Positions 1 to 9,284 are shown, numbered from the stretch's first letter. The stretch: DNA of 64,000 nucleotides from an uncultured Eubacteriales bacterium (GCA_900550955.1 URUF01000005.1:116-64115); one strand, 5' to 3'. The notes: generated from the letters alone by a model not told the origin. Numbers and translations: made by a program.

Positions 1-580
1 GGCGCCCGATATTGGCGCGGTGCCGCCACACGCACATAGCGAACAGGAGCGCCGTAAACAGGCAAACGGTCCATTGGCCCCAAAAGGCGATGGTCATCAG
101 CACCATGTAGCAAAACAGCATGGTCATGCTGCCCAGGCTGATGAAACGGGTAAGCGCGATAACGGCGATGCAGATTGCAATAGAAACAATCCCCCATAGC
201 GGATTCACAAAAAGGATCACCGCCGCCGAGCACGCAACGCCTTTGCCGCCCTTGAAGCCATAGAACACGGGCCAGTTGTGCCCCACCACCGCAAAGACGC
301 CCGCCAGCATTGCCCCAAAGCGCTCGACGCCGAACGTAGCGCCCGGCAAAATCAGGCTGCCGATCCAGCAGGCCAGCGTTGCCTTCAAAAAATCGCCCAC
401 AAAGGTAACAAGGCCGCTTTTTAGGCCCATTACGCGCAGCACGTTGCTTGCGCCCGTATTCTTGCTGCCCTTGCTGCGAATATCAACGCCTTTTGCGCCC
501 GATACCGTCAGCCCGGTGGAAAAGCATCCCAGGAGATAGGCCACCGCAGCCACCAGAACCGAAAGAAGAATGTTGCGCAT
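1..580 (-). CDS. plsY: Glycerol-3-phosphate acyltransferase PlsY (C-terminal end runs off the window edge)
   Basis: Absent from the ORF track because the window truncates it. My reverse-complement translation from the ATG at 580 reads MRNILLSVLVAAVAYLLGCFSTG..SKGSKNTGASNVLR..VGHNWPVFYGFKGGKGVA..WRHRANIGR, which gives the three PlsY motifs plus the C-terminal HRxNI motif. Confidence 0.8.
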   Translation of the reverse strand, partial: MRNILLSVLVAAVAYLLGCFSTGLTVSGAKGVDIRSKGSKNTGASNVLRVMGLKSGLVTFVGDFLKATLACWIGSLILPGATFGVERFGAMLAGVFAVVGHNWPVFYGFKGGKGVACSAAVILFVNPLWGIVSIAICIAVIALTRFISLGSMTMLFCYMVLMTIAFWGQWTVCLFTALLFAMCVWRHRANIGR

Positions 581-965
581 AAGCGCCTCCCTACTGCGGG
601 TTTCCGCATTATTTTCTGGCAAGTCCGGGTTATTATAGCATAGCTTTTGCAAAAAAGGAACCAAGCATGTGAAAAGACAGGAAGGGGCGCAGGCCGCCCG
701 AAACGCCGCGGGCCAACGGAATCCAGAGCCGGCAAGCGGCCCAGCCGCCTTAATCAGGAGGGGAGGCCGCTGCATTTTTACAACATGGGCTTGCAGGGGC
801 AGGAGAACATTGGTATACTCAAACAGGGCGGGCCAACGCCGCTTCCGGATGAAAACCGCGCCCTGTTGCAGCCAGGGATACATTCTAATTGCAAAATTCC
901 CGTTTATCCGATATGGAAAGCGGGTACATTAAAACCATACCCTAAGACAGAAGGAGGTAACAGTG

Positions 966-1274
966 ATGTCTGTAACAAAGCTGACGAACGATACGTTTGA
1001 AAAGGAGGCCCTTGCGGCGGGAAAGCCGGTGCTGGTTGATTTTTATGCCGACTGGTGCGGCCCCTGCAAGATGCTTGCGCCCGTTGTTGAGGAAATTGCC
1101 AATGAAAGCGAGCAGTACCGCGTTTGCAAGCTGAATGTGGACGACGCGCCCGACATTGCCGCGCGCTACGGCGTTATGAGCATTCCAACCCTGATTGTGT
1201 TCAAGAACGGCGAAGCGGCCGGCCGCACGGTGGGCGTGCAGAGCAAGCAGACCATTTTGAATATGCTGAAATGA
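966..1274 (+). CDS. trxA: Thioredoxin
   Basis: WCGPC active site (VDFYADWCGPCKMLAP) and about 100 aa. GGAGG lies 8 nt upstream of the ATG at 966; the track start at 963 is a GTG inside the spacer. Confidence 0.9.
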   Translation: MSVTKLTNDTFEKEALAAGKPVLVDFYADWCGPCKMLAPVVEEIANESEQYRVCKLNVDDAPDIAARYGVMSIPTLIVFKNGEAAGRTVGVQSKQTILNMLK

Positions 1275-1286
1275 GCAAACAAAAAA

Positions 1287-1331
1287 GCCGCGCGGGCGCA
1301 CCCCCATGCGTGCGCCGCGTGGCTTTTTTTG
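1287..1331. terminator. Bidirectional rho-independent terminator between convergent trxA and abrB
   Basis: GC-rich imperfect hairpin (gccgcgcgggcgcac / gtgcgccgcgtggc) flanked by an A-run upstream and a T-run (ttttttt) downstream. Confidence 0.65.
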
Positions 1332-1339
1332 CGCAGCCC

Positions 1340-1582
1340 TCAGCCCTTTTTCATTTCGGCCAGGCACTTCTCGCATACCATTTTGCCCTTAAACAGGGTC
1401 ACGTTGCGAGCATCATTGCAAAAAATGCATCCGGGCTGGTACTTTTTGAGGATGATCTCATCCCCCTCGGTGAAAATTTCCAACGTATCCTTGATGGCGA
1501 TGCCCATCGTCTTTCTCAGCTCAATCGGGATCACAATACGACCCAAATTATCAAGCTTGCGAACCACACCGGTCGATTTCAT
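1340..1582 (-). CDS. abrB: AbrB/SpoVT-family transition-state regulator
   Basis: MKSTGVVRKLDNLGRIVIPIELRKTMGI is the classic AbrB swapped-hairpin N-terminus. About 80 aa, followed upstream by an AT-rich region. Start taken at the internal M (MKSTG). Confidence 0.85.
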   Translation of the reverse strand: MKSTGVVRKLDNLGRIVIPIELRKTMGIAIKDTLEIFTEGDEIILKKYQPGCIFCNDARNVTLFKGKMVCEKCLAEMKKG

Positions 1583-1784
1583 TCGTAGCCCTCCATTCAA
1601 TCTAAAATAAGCCTTCCACTTTTCTATGCCCCAAATAACCCCAATCTAAAGTGGATAACATAAACATACATCCTTATGAATAATCTGTCAATGGCCCATG
1701 TGGTACTAGATTAGGCCAATATACATATAATTAGGTGTAATTGGAGCAACTTTTACATAGAATTATACCTGATATGGTGTTTTT

Positions 1785-2381
1785 ATGGAGGCGACAGGTT
1801 TGCTGCAATGGATGTGGTTTGGCATGATGGGCGCATCGCTGATATATGCCTGCATTTGCGGCCGGGGAGCGGATATGCTGGCCGCGGCGCTTTCGGGAAG
1901 CGGAGATGCGATTTCCCTTACGCTGCGGCTGGGGGCGGGCTATCTGCTGTTTTGCGGGCTGATTGAAATCATGAAGGGCCTGGATATTCCCCAAAAGCTG
2001 AACCGGCTGCTGTCGCCGCTGCTGCGCGCGCTGATGCCCGGTATGGACGCTCAGGCGGGGCAGGCCGTAACGATGAATTTGTCCATGAACCTGCTGGGCT
2101 TGGGGAACGCGGCCACCCCGCTTGGCATGGAGGCCGTGCGCAGGCTGGACGGCCTGCGCGCTGGCAAGCCTCAAATGGCGCATAACATCTATATGCTCTT
2201 GATTTTGAATGCGACAAGCCTTCAGCTGATTCCCACCACGGTGCTGGCGCTGCGCGCCGCAGAGGGGTCGGCAGACGCGGGCGCGGTTTTGCTGCCCAGC
2301 CTTTTGTGCACCACGGTTTCCACGGTGGCGGGGGCCGCGCTGGGCATGGCGTGCCGCCGCCTGGAGCAGCGCCATGCTTAG
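1785..2381 (+). CDS. spmA: Spore maturation protein A (nucleoside-recognition/Gate domain membrane protein)
   Basis: About 198 aa polytopic protein paired with and overlapping a SpmB-like gene. Start codon uncertain because there is no good RBS. Confidence 0.7.
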   Translation: MEATGLLQWMWFGMMGASLIYACICGRGADMLAAALSGSGDAISLTLRLGAGYLLFCGLIEIMKGLDIPQKLNRLLSPLLRALMPGMDAQAGQAVTMNLSMNLLGLGNAATPLGMEAVRRLDGLRAGKPQMAHNIYMLLILNATSLQLIPTTVLALRAAEGSADAGAVLLPSLLCTTVSTVAGAALGMACRRLEQRHA

Positions 2382-2874
2382 CGGGCTGATACTGCCAATG
2401 CTGCTGCTGGCCCTGCTGCTGGGCGCGGCCTGGAGGCGGCTGCCCATGTACGACCTGTTTGTTACAGGGGCCAAGGAGGGCATGCGCGTGGCGGCAAGCG
2501 TGCTGCCCAACCTGGCGGCCATGCTGTGCGCCATTTCGCTGATGCAGGCTTCCGGGCTCATGGACGCGCTGTGCGAGGTGTGCGCGCCGCTGTTTGCCTG
2601 GCTGGGGCTGCCTAAGGAGGTTGCGCCGCTGGTGCTGCTTAGGCCGCTTAGCGGCTCCGCATCCCTGGCGATGGTGGAACGCCTGATGCGGCAATACGGC
2701 GCGGACAGCCGTATCGGGCTGATTGCCTGTACGGTAATGGGCTCCAGCGAAACCATCTTTTATACGATCTGCGTGTACATGAGCGTGGCGCGCGACCGGC
2801 GCACCAGCTATGCCGCGCCCTGCGCGCTCATTGGTTCCCTGGTGGGCGTATGGCTTGCGGGGCGGCTGTTTTGA
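2374..2874 (+). CDS. spmB: Spore maturation protein B
   Basis: 166-aa membrane protein overlapping spmA by 8 nt, the typical spmA-spmB pair. Confidence 0.7.
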   Translation: MLSGLILPMLLLALLLGAAWRRLPMYDLFVTGAKEGMRVAASVLPNLAAMLCAISLMQASGLMDALCEVCAPLFAWLGLPKEVAPLVLLRPLSGSASLAMVERLMRQYGADSRIGLIACTVMGSSETIFYTICVYMSVARDRRTSYAAPCALIGSLVGVWLAGRLF

Positions 2875-2877
2875 GCG

Positions 2878-2905
2878 TTGACAAGCGCTGAAAAATGGGT
2901 ATAAT
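2878..2905 (+). promoter_or_regulatory. Sigma-A type promoter for the metG leader
   Basis: TTGACA (2878-2883), 16-nt spacer, TATAAT (2900-2905). Confidence 0.6.
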
Positions 2906-2911
2906 AAGCAT

Positions 2912-3157
2912 GAAATGCTTAAATACGCGCGATGAACGGGAGAGTACTGTTGTGCAGCCTTGCCAAAGAGAGCCGCAGCGGGTGGGAAGCGGCGCAGGCG
3001 CGGCGGGAAGATGGCCCGGGAGCGTTTTCGCCCGATAGGTAGGGCGAAACGGCAGGCACCGATAGTTGCCCGCGGCCGCTTGAGGGCCGAAAGCGATAAA
3101 CCAAGGGTGGTACCGCGGGAGAAACCCGCCCCTTTTGCAGGGGCGGGCTTTTTTGAT
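2912..3157 (+). promoter_or_regulatory. T-box riboswitch leader with Met (AUG) specifier and intrinsic terminator
   Basis: Stem I base GCGATGAACGGGAGAGTA, distal GGGTGGGAAG, and specifier context GAAG-ATG-G-CCCG at 3011-3013. Conserved T-box sequence AACCAAGGGTGGTACCGCGGGAG at about 3098-3120. Terminator hairpin cccgcccct/aggggcggg plus tttttt at 3125-3156. Sits immediately upstream of metG. Confidence 0.85.
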
Positions 3158-3175
3158 TCAGTCAGGAGGGGGAGC

Positions 3176-5152
3176 ATGGAGAACCGGGAAAAATTCTACA
3201 TCACAACGCCCATTTACTATCCCAGCGACAATTTGCACATTGGACACGCCTATTGCAGCGTGGCAGCGGATACGATGGCCCGCTTCAAGAAGCAAACAGG
3301 CTTTGATACCTACTTTCTCACCGGCACGGACGAACACGGCCAAAAGATTGAGCGCAAGGCCCAGGCCAAGGGCGTAACCCCGCAGGCCTATGTGGATGAG
3401 ATCGTAAGCGGCATCAAAGATTTGTGGAAGCTGATGGACGTTGAATACGACGATTTCATCCGCACCTCGGACGACCGCCATGTAGAGGCCGTGCAGAAGA
3501 TTTTCCGCAAGCTTTATGACCAGGGCGATATCTACAAAGGCAGCTACGAGGGCTGGTACTGTACCCCCTGCGAGAGCTTCTTTACCGAATTGCAGCTCAA
3601 GGACGGCTGCTGCCCGGACTGCGGCCGCCCTGTGGAAAAAACCAACGAGGAAGCCTACTTCTTTAAGCTGGGAAAGTATCAGCAGTGGCTGATTGACTAC
3701 ATCGAGGCCCATCCGGACTTCATCCAGCCCGCCAGCCGGAAAAATGAGATGGTCAACAATTTCCTAAAGCCCGGCTTGCAGGACCTGTGCGTGAGCCGCA
3801 CCTCCATCAAATGGGGCGTGCCCGTGGATTTTGACCCCAAGCACACCGTGTACGTGTGGCTGGACGCGCTAACCAACTACATCACCGCCTTGGGCTATGA
3901 AAGCGCGGACGACAGCCTGTACCAAAAGTACTGGCCCGCGAACATCCACCTGGTGGGCAAGGAGATCATTCGCTTCCATACCATCATCTGGCCCATCATT
4001 CTGCATGCGCTGGGCCTGCCGCTGCCCAAGCAGGTGTTTGGCCACGGCTGGCTGGTGCTGGACGGCATGAAGATGTCCAAGTCCCTGGGCAACGTGGTGG
4101 ATCCCGTGGTGCTTTGCAACCGCTATGGCAGCGACGCCATCCGCTATTTCCTTATGCGCGAGATGCCCTTTGGCAGCGACGGCCAGTTCAGCTACGAAGC
4201 GCTTTTGACCCGTATCAACGCCGACCTGGCCAACGACCTGGGCAACCTGGTCAGCCGCACGGTGGCCATGGTGGAGAAGTATTTTGAAGGCGTTGTGCCT
4301 GCGCATGGCGAATGGGACGAAACCGACCGGGCGTTGATCGCGCTGGCGCAGGAAACGCCCGCCAAGGTGCTCAAACGCATGGACGAGCTACAATTCTCCC
4401 TGGCTTTGCAGGATATTTGGCAGCTGATTGGCGAGTGCAACCGCTACATTGACCTTAACGCCCCGTGGACGCTCGTGAAAAGCGAGGAGGGCAAGGAGCG
4501 CCTAAAGACGGTCATGTATGTGCTGTGCGAGTGCATCCGCATTGTGGCGGTGCTGATTGCGCCCGCCATGCCGCGCACCCCGGCGCGCATCTTTGCGCAG
4601 CTGGGCGTAAGCGACGCGGCCCTGTGCAGCTGGGAATCCGCCTCCCGCTTTGGCCTGCTGCCCGCCGGTACGAAGGTTCAAAAGGGAGAGGCGCTGTTCC
4701 CGCGCATCGACATTCAAAAGGAGCTGGCAGATATCGTGCCCGCGCCGGTAGAGCCCAAGGCGGAGAAAAAGCCCGAAAAGAAGCCGGAGCCCGCTAAGCA
4801 GGCGGATGCTGCCGGCGGCGTGATCACCATTGATGATTTTGCCAAAATAAAGCTGCGTGTGGCGCGCGTTCTGACCGCCGAGCGGGTGGAGGGTAGCGAT
4901 AAGCTGCTCAAGTTTACCCTGCGCCTTACGCCGGAGGAGCCGGAGCGCACCGTGGTAAGCGGCATTGCCAAGTTTTACACCCCGGAGGAAATGGTGGGCA
5001 AGCAGGTGGTGCTGGTGAGCAATCTCAAGCCCGCGAAGCTTCGCGGCATTCGCAGCGAGGGCATGATTTTGTGCGCCTCGGACGCGAAGGATGAAACGCT
5101 AAGGCTGGCAACCGTAGAGCCCGGCATGGAGGATGGAGCGTACATTCGATGA
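3176..5152 (+). CDS. metG: Methionine--tRNA ligase with C-terminal tRNA-binding (EMAP/Trbp111-like) domain
   Basis: MENREKFYITTPIYYPSDNLHIGHAY (HIGH motif), KMSKS present (GMKMSKSLGN), four-Cys knuckle (CTPCESF..CPDCGRP). AGGAGGGGGAGC precedes the ATG at 3176. The track ORF start at 2960 reads through the T-box leader. Confidence 0.95.
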   Translation: MENREKFYITTPIYYPSDNLHIGHAYCSVAADTMARFKKQTGFDTYFLTGTDEHGQKIERKAQAKGVTPQAYVDEIVSGIKDLWKLMDVEYDDFIRTSDDRHVEAVQKIFRKLYDQGDIYKGSYEGWYCTPCESFFTELQLKDGCCPDCGRPVEKTNEEAYFFKLGKYQQWLIDYIEAHPDFIQPASRKNEMVNNFLKPGLQDLCVSRTSIKWGVPVDFDPKHTVYVWLDALTNYITALGYESADDSLYQKYWPANIHLVGKEIIRFHTIIWPIILHALGLPLPKQVFGHGWLVLDGMKMSKSLGNVVDPVVLCNRYGSDAIRYFLMREMPFGSDGQFSYEALLTRINADLANDLGNLVSRTVAMVEKYFEGVVPAHGEWDETDRALIALAQETPAKVLKRMDELQFSLALQDIWQLIGECNRYIDLNAPWTLVKSEEGKERLKTVMYVLCECIRIVAVLIAPAMPRTPARIFAQLGVSDAALCSWESASRFGLLPAGTKVQKGEALFPRIDIQKELADIVPAPVEPKAEKKPEKKPEPAKQADAAGGVITIDDFAKIKLRVARVLTAERVEGSDKLLKFTLRLTPEEPERTVVSGIAKFYTPEEMVGKQVVLVSNLKPAKLRGIRSEGMILCASDAKDETLRLATVEPGMEDGAYIR

Positions 5153-5925
5153 GCCTGTTTGACGCGCATTGCCACTTGGAAAGCGAACGCTTCCGGGACG
5201 ATTTGCCGCAGGTGATGGAGCGCATGACGCAAAACGGCGTTGAGCGCTGCATCCTTGCGGGGAGCGATATGGAAACCAGCCGCGCCATTGTGGCGCTTAC
5301 AAGGAAGCACGAAAACGTGTTTGGCGTTGTGGGCGTGCACCCGCATGAGGCGAAGGGCTGGAAGGACGAGGACGCGCAGGAAATGGAAGCGATGCTTGCA
5401 AACGCGCGCATCGTGGGGATTGGCGAAATCGGCCTCGATTATTTCTACGACTTTTCGCCCAGAGAAACGCAAAAGGAGGTGCTGGTGAAGCAGCTCCTTT
5501 TGGCGCGCCGGCTGAACGTTCCGGCGGTGTTCCATGTGCGCGACGCGCACGGCGATATGCTGGATGTGCTCAGGGCGCGCCGCGCCGAGCTGCCCGCCGG
5601 CGTGCTGCATTGTTACAGCGGAAGCGTAGAAAGCGCCCGCGAATACCTGGATATGGGCTTTTACCTGTCCTTTGCGGGGCCGGTAACATTCAAAAACGCG
5701 CATAAATTGCAGGAGGTTGCCCGTTACTGCCCCGATGACCGCATCATGGTGGAAACGGACAGCCCCTACCTGGCGCCCGTGCCCATGCGGGGCAGGCGCA
5801 ACGAGCCCGCCTTTGTGCGCTATGTGGCGGAGGTTGTAGCCGCCCTGCGCGGCGTGGAAACGGAAAAACTGGCGGAGCTGGCCGAACAAAACACCTGCCG
5901 GTTATTCGGTATTACAGGGGCGTGA
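5149..5925 (+). CDS. tatD: TatD-family metal-dependent DNase/hydrolase (YabD-like)
   Basis: MSLFDAHCHL..GEIGLDY..HVRDAH..ETDSPYL motifs. ATGA overlap with the metG stop. Same metS-yabD order as in Bacillus. Confidence 0.85.
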   Translation: MSLFDAHCHLESERFRDDLPQVMERMTQNGVERCILAGSDMETSRAIVALTRKHENVFGVVGVHPHEAKGWKDEDAQEMEAMLANARIVGIGEIGLDYFYDFSPRETQKEVLVKQLLLARRLNVPAVFHVRDAHGDMLDVLRARRAELPAGVLHCYSGSVESAREYLDMGFYLSFAGPVTFKNAHKLQEVARYCPDDRIMVETDSPYLAPVPMRGRRNEPAFVRYVAEVVAALRGVETEKLAELAEQNTCRLFGITGA

Positions 5926-6440
5926 GCATGCGGATACGATTGATGGAGCCCGCGGATCTGGAAGCGGCGCTTGCACTGTATGAGAGCGCGAGGCGCTTTA
6001 TGGCGCAAAAGGGCAACGCGGTGCAGTGGGCGGGCGGATATCCGCAGCGCGAGGTCGTTCAGCGGGATATCGCGCTGGGGCAGGCCTATGTATGCGAGGA
6101 AAACGGGCATATCTATGCGGCCTTTGCGCTGGCCTTGGGCGACGAGCCCACCTACCGCGTGATTGAGGGAGCATGGAGGAACGAGCGCCCCTACGGCACG
6201 CTGCACAGGGTGGCCTCCAGCGGGGAAAGGCGCGGCATGGCGGATATGATTATCCGCTGGGCGTTTCAGAAAACCCCAAACCTGCGGGGCGATACGCACG
6301 CGCTGAACCTGCCCATGCAGCGCGCCTTTGAGCGCAACGGCTTTGAGAGATGCGGCACCATTTGGGTGGCGGACGGCACGCCGCGCATAGCCTATCAAAA
6401 AACGGAGAATAGCGGGGAGGCGCATGTATGCGGCGGCTGA
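5922..6440 (+). CDS. GNAT-family N-acetyltransferase
   Basis: 172 aa with an acetyl-CoA-binding-type segment (RRGMADMIIRWAF) and a C-terminal NxxAxxxFERNGF motif. Confidence 0.7.
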   Translation: MSMRIRLMEPADLEAALALYESARRFMAQKGNAVQWAGGYPQREVVQRDIALGQAYVCEENGHIYAAFALALGDEPTYRVIEGAWRNERPYGTLHRVASSGERRGMADMIIRWAFQKTPNLRGDTHALNLPMQRAFERNGFERCGTIWVADGTPRIAYQKTENSGEAHVCGG

Positions 6441-7315
6441 TTGTGATAGCGGGCACCAACGCGTCCGGCAAGAGCGGCCTTGGCGTGGAGCTGGCCCTGA
6501 AATACGGCGGAGAGATTGTTTCGGCAGATTCCAGGCAGGTGTTTCGCGGCCTGGATTTGGGCAGCGGCAAAATAACCCGCGAGGAAATGAAGGGCGTGCC
6601 GCATCACCTGATCGACATCTGCGACGCCGGGGACTTCTTTTCCATGGCGGATTTTCAGCGCCTGGCATATGAGGCGATCGACGGTATTCTGGACAGGGGA
6701 AAGCCGCCCTTTCTGGTGGGCGGCACGGGGCTGTATGTGGATTCGGTGGCGGACGGATATGTGATGTCCAACCGCATGCCGGATTTGGCTTACCGGGCGG
6801 AGCTGGAAACGCTTTCCACGGAGAGGCTGTACCAGATGCTTGTGGAAAAGCTTCCGGATACGGATGTGGAACCGCGCAACCGCAACAGGGTGATGCGCAT
6901 ACTGGAAAAGCTGCATGACGGCGACGATGTGCTTCCCACTAAGAAGCCCCGCTACGAAACGCTGCGCCTGGGCGTGACCTGGGACAGGGAAACCCTGCGC
7001 AAGCGCATTGACGAACGCTTGGAACGCCGCCTGGCTGAGGGCATGATTAACGAGGTGGACGGCCTGCTCAAGCGGGGCGTGAGCGAGGCGTTCTTGCTCA
7101 AGCTGGGGTTGGAATACAAGTTTATCACCCAATACCTGAAGGGCGAAATTGCTACGGAAAAGGAGCTTACGCTGCTGCTGGGCACGGCCATCAAGCAATT
7201 TGCCAAGCGGCAGATGACCTGGTTCAGGCGGGATGCGTCCATCCATTGGCTGGATATGGCGAAGGACCCCGTAGGGGAAGCCAGCGCGCTGATTGACGCG
7301 TTTTTGGCTGGCTAA
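6428..7315 (+). CDS. miaA: tRNA dimethylallyltransferase
   Basis: P-loop IAGTNASGKS, then SADSRQVFRGLDLGSGKIT..GVPHHLID, about 295 aa. Confidence 0.85.
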   Translation: MRRLIVIAGTNASGKSGLGVELALKYGGEIVSADSRQVFRGLDLGSGKITREEMKGVPHHLIDICDAGDFFSMADFQRLAYEAIDGILDRGKPPFLVGGTGLYVDSVADGYVMSNRMPDLAYRAELETLSTERLYQMLVEKLPDTDVEPRNRNRVMRILEKLHDGDDVLPTKKPRYETLRLGVTWDRETLRKRIDERLERRLAEGMINEVDGLLKRGVSEAFLLKLGLEYKFITQYLKGEIATEKELTLLLGTAIKQFAKRQMTWFRRDASIHWLDMAKDPVGEASALIDAFLAG

Positions 7316-7947
7316 GCGTCCTGCGCGGTATGACGGAGCTTGTCCAGCGCGGCCTGGGCCCGTTCCAGATCGGTATGGTTTTTCACGATGGGCACAGCCG
7401 CCAGTAGCGCGCAGCCCAGCGCCAGCCAGTACCGCCCCGTATAGATGGACCCGGCCGCGCTGGTGAGCGAAAACATAAGAAAAGCAAAGATGCTGCGCTT
7501 TTCGTTAGGACGGACGATCAGAACCAGCGAAAAGAAAAGATACCAGAACACAAGCGCAAATACCGCGTAGCTGAAGGGTAAAAGCCCCGCCAGCACGCCG
7601 AAGGCCGTGGCGATAGCCTTGCCGCCGCGAAAGGTATACCAGGGCGCCAGCGCGTGGCCCAGGGCAGGCGCGGCCATGACCAGCGGCAGCAGGGGAAAGC
7701 GCGGCCCAAAGCGCTGCATGGCCAGCCATATGGGAAAGAAGCCCTTGGCCATGTCCATCAGCAGGCACAGAAACCCCACCGGGACGCCCGCAAGGCGAAA
7801 GGCGTTCGCTGTGCCGGGGTTATGATCGGCGCTTTCTTTCACCACATCCACGCGCTTGAACCATAGGGGCAGATGATAGCTGAATAAAATGCTGCCTGAA
7901 AGAAAACCGAGTATGGCGAAACAGAGCTGGGAAAGCAGCAAGGTCAA
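7312..7947 (-). CDS. Divergent PlsY-family acyltransferase paralogue
   Basis: All three PlsY motifs are present in altered form: SADHNPGTANAF, DMAKGFFP and GHALAPWYTFRGGKAIATAFG. I place the start at the TTG at 7947, preceded by GAAAGGAG. The track start at 8076 would overlap the upstream gene. Confidence 0.65.
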   Translation of the reverse strand: MTLLLSQLCFAILGFLSGSILFSYHLPLWFKRVDVVKESADHNPGTANAFRLAGVPVGFLCLLMDMAKGFFPIWLAMQRFGPRFPLLPLVMAAPALGHALAPWYTFRGGKAIATAFGVLAGLLPFSYAVFALVFWYLFFSLVLIVRPNEKRSIFAFLMFSLTSAAGSIYTGRYWLALGCALLAAVPIVKNHTDLERAQAALDKLRHTAQDA

Positions 7948-8000
7948 GGCGCTCCTTTCTGACTCCAAAGTACCTTGGGCCGCGGCAACCGCCGCGGCCT

Positions 8001-9069
8001 TTATGCATCCGCAAGAATACTGATGGCGTCCACAATATCGTCCGCGGCGCGCGGGTTGATTTCCCGCCGCTGGCAAGCCAGCAGGCGGGCGCGCATGCTT
8101 TCATCCGCCGCAAGGAGCAGGGCGGCCTGCGCGCTTTCCAGCGGCGTGGTTGTGGGCAGCGATATGCCAAGCGCCTCAAAGAAGCGCGCGTTGACCGTTT
8201 CACACCCGGGAATGGGGGCCGTATGCACAAAGGGGATGTTTTTGACCGCCGCCTCGGTGCTGGTAAGGCCGCCGGGCTTGGTGAGCGTTATGTTGCACGC
8301 GTCCATGTAAACGGCTACCTGCGTGGTGAAATCCACGGCTATAAGGCGGGAATCGCGCGCAAAACGGGCGGCAAGCTCGGCCTTTAAACGCTGGTTATGG
8401 CCTACAAGCACCAAAACGCGGACGTCCGGCCCGCTGAGCGCGAGAAGGTGGGAGGCGATTTCCGGCACGTCGCCAAAGCCCATGCTGCCGCTCATGAGCA
8501 AAAAGAGCGTTTTGTCCTGCTCAAGCCCAAGGATGGCGCGGGCCTGCGCCATATCCAGCTTTTGCGCAAACGCCTGGGATACCGGAATGCCGGTTTCCAC
8601 CAGCCTGCCGGGCGCAAAGCCCTTCCACGTCCGTTTCTTCCCAAAAGGGCGTACAGGTATAATCCGTAGCCACGCCGTACACGCGCGCTTTCAGGCCGTG
8701 CCTGCGCCTAAGCCAGGTGAGCGCTTCGGCCGGAAACAGGTGGGGGCAGAGCACGGTGTCAAAACCGTTGTCCTGAATAAAGCGCATCAGCTGGCCGGCA
8801 TACAGGGCGTTGGCGTAATAGACCGGGCTTTTGAAGCGCGGGCTGGAAATCAACTCGCCGGCGCGGTAAAGGCGGCCGAACATCGCCGGACGAAGCTGCG
8901 TCATTTTTACATAGCCGCCGCTTACCACCACGGAGGCGCGCCGCCCTCCAAAGGCCAGCGCGTCGTGCATCTCGGCGGGGATGCCGCGGCGGGTAAGCGC
9001 TTCCAGAAGCGCCTTCCCGGCGGTGTTGTGCCCCTGGCCCGTATTGCACGAAAGAATCAGCGCTTTCAT
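8001..9069 (-). pseudogene. Frameshifted UgtP/MGDG-synthase-like diacylglycerol glycosyltransferase
   Basis: ORF 8521-9069 encodes the N-terminal MGDG_synth-type half (MKALILSCNTGQGHNTAGKAL..TDYTCTPFWEETDV). ORF 8001-8600, in another frame, encodes the C-terminal GT-B half (ETGIPVSQAF..LMSGSMGFG..TKPGGLTSTEA). The frames can be joined by a 1-nt change near 8600-8625. Confidence 0.7.
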
Positions 9070-9255
9070 AGCAGAGGATCACATCCTTCCATAGCAAATG
9101 GAAAACCTGATGAGGGTTCGCCTTAAAGCAGGATAAATCCTGTCCAAATCAGTATAAAACAGATTTTCCATTTCGCCTATCCATTCGCGCTGAATTGTCA
9201 AAATTAGCGGTTCAAAATAGTGGCTTTAGCGCATGAACGCGTGAAGTTGCTAAGA

Positions 9256-9284
9256 TTGCGAAAAAATCGTCAAAAAAGTATCAT
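9256..9284 (+). promoter_or_regulatory. Candidate sigma-A promoter of the decarboxylase operon
   Basis: TTGCGA, 17-nt spacer, TATCAT, inside an AT-rich 280-nt intergenic region. This would give a leader of roughly 105 nt. Confidence 0.4.

Noticed and set aside
2960-3175. 72-codon N-terminal extension of the metG ORF in the track.
   Set aside because: The extension runs through the T-box leader and its terminator. A good RBS and the conserved MetRS N-terminus begin at 3176.
1731-3177. Minus-strand ORFs of 341 aa and 402 aa across spmAB and the metG leader.
   Set aside because: They are Arg/Ala/Pro/Gln-rich shadow ORFs overlapping well-supported plus-strand genes and the T-box RNA.
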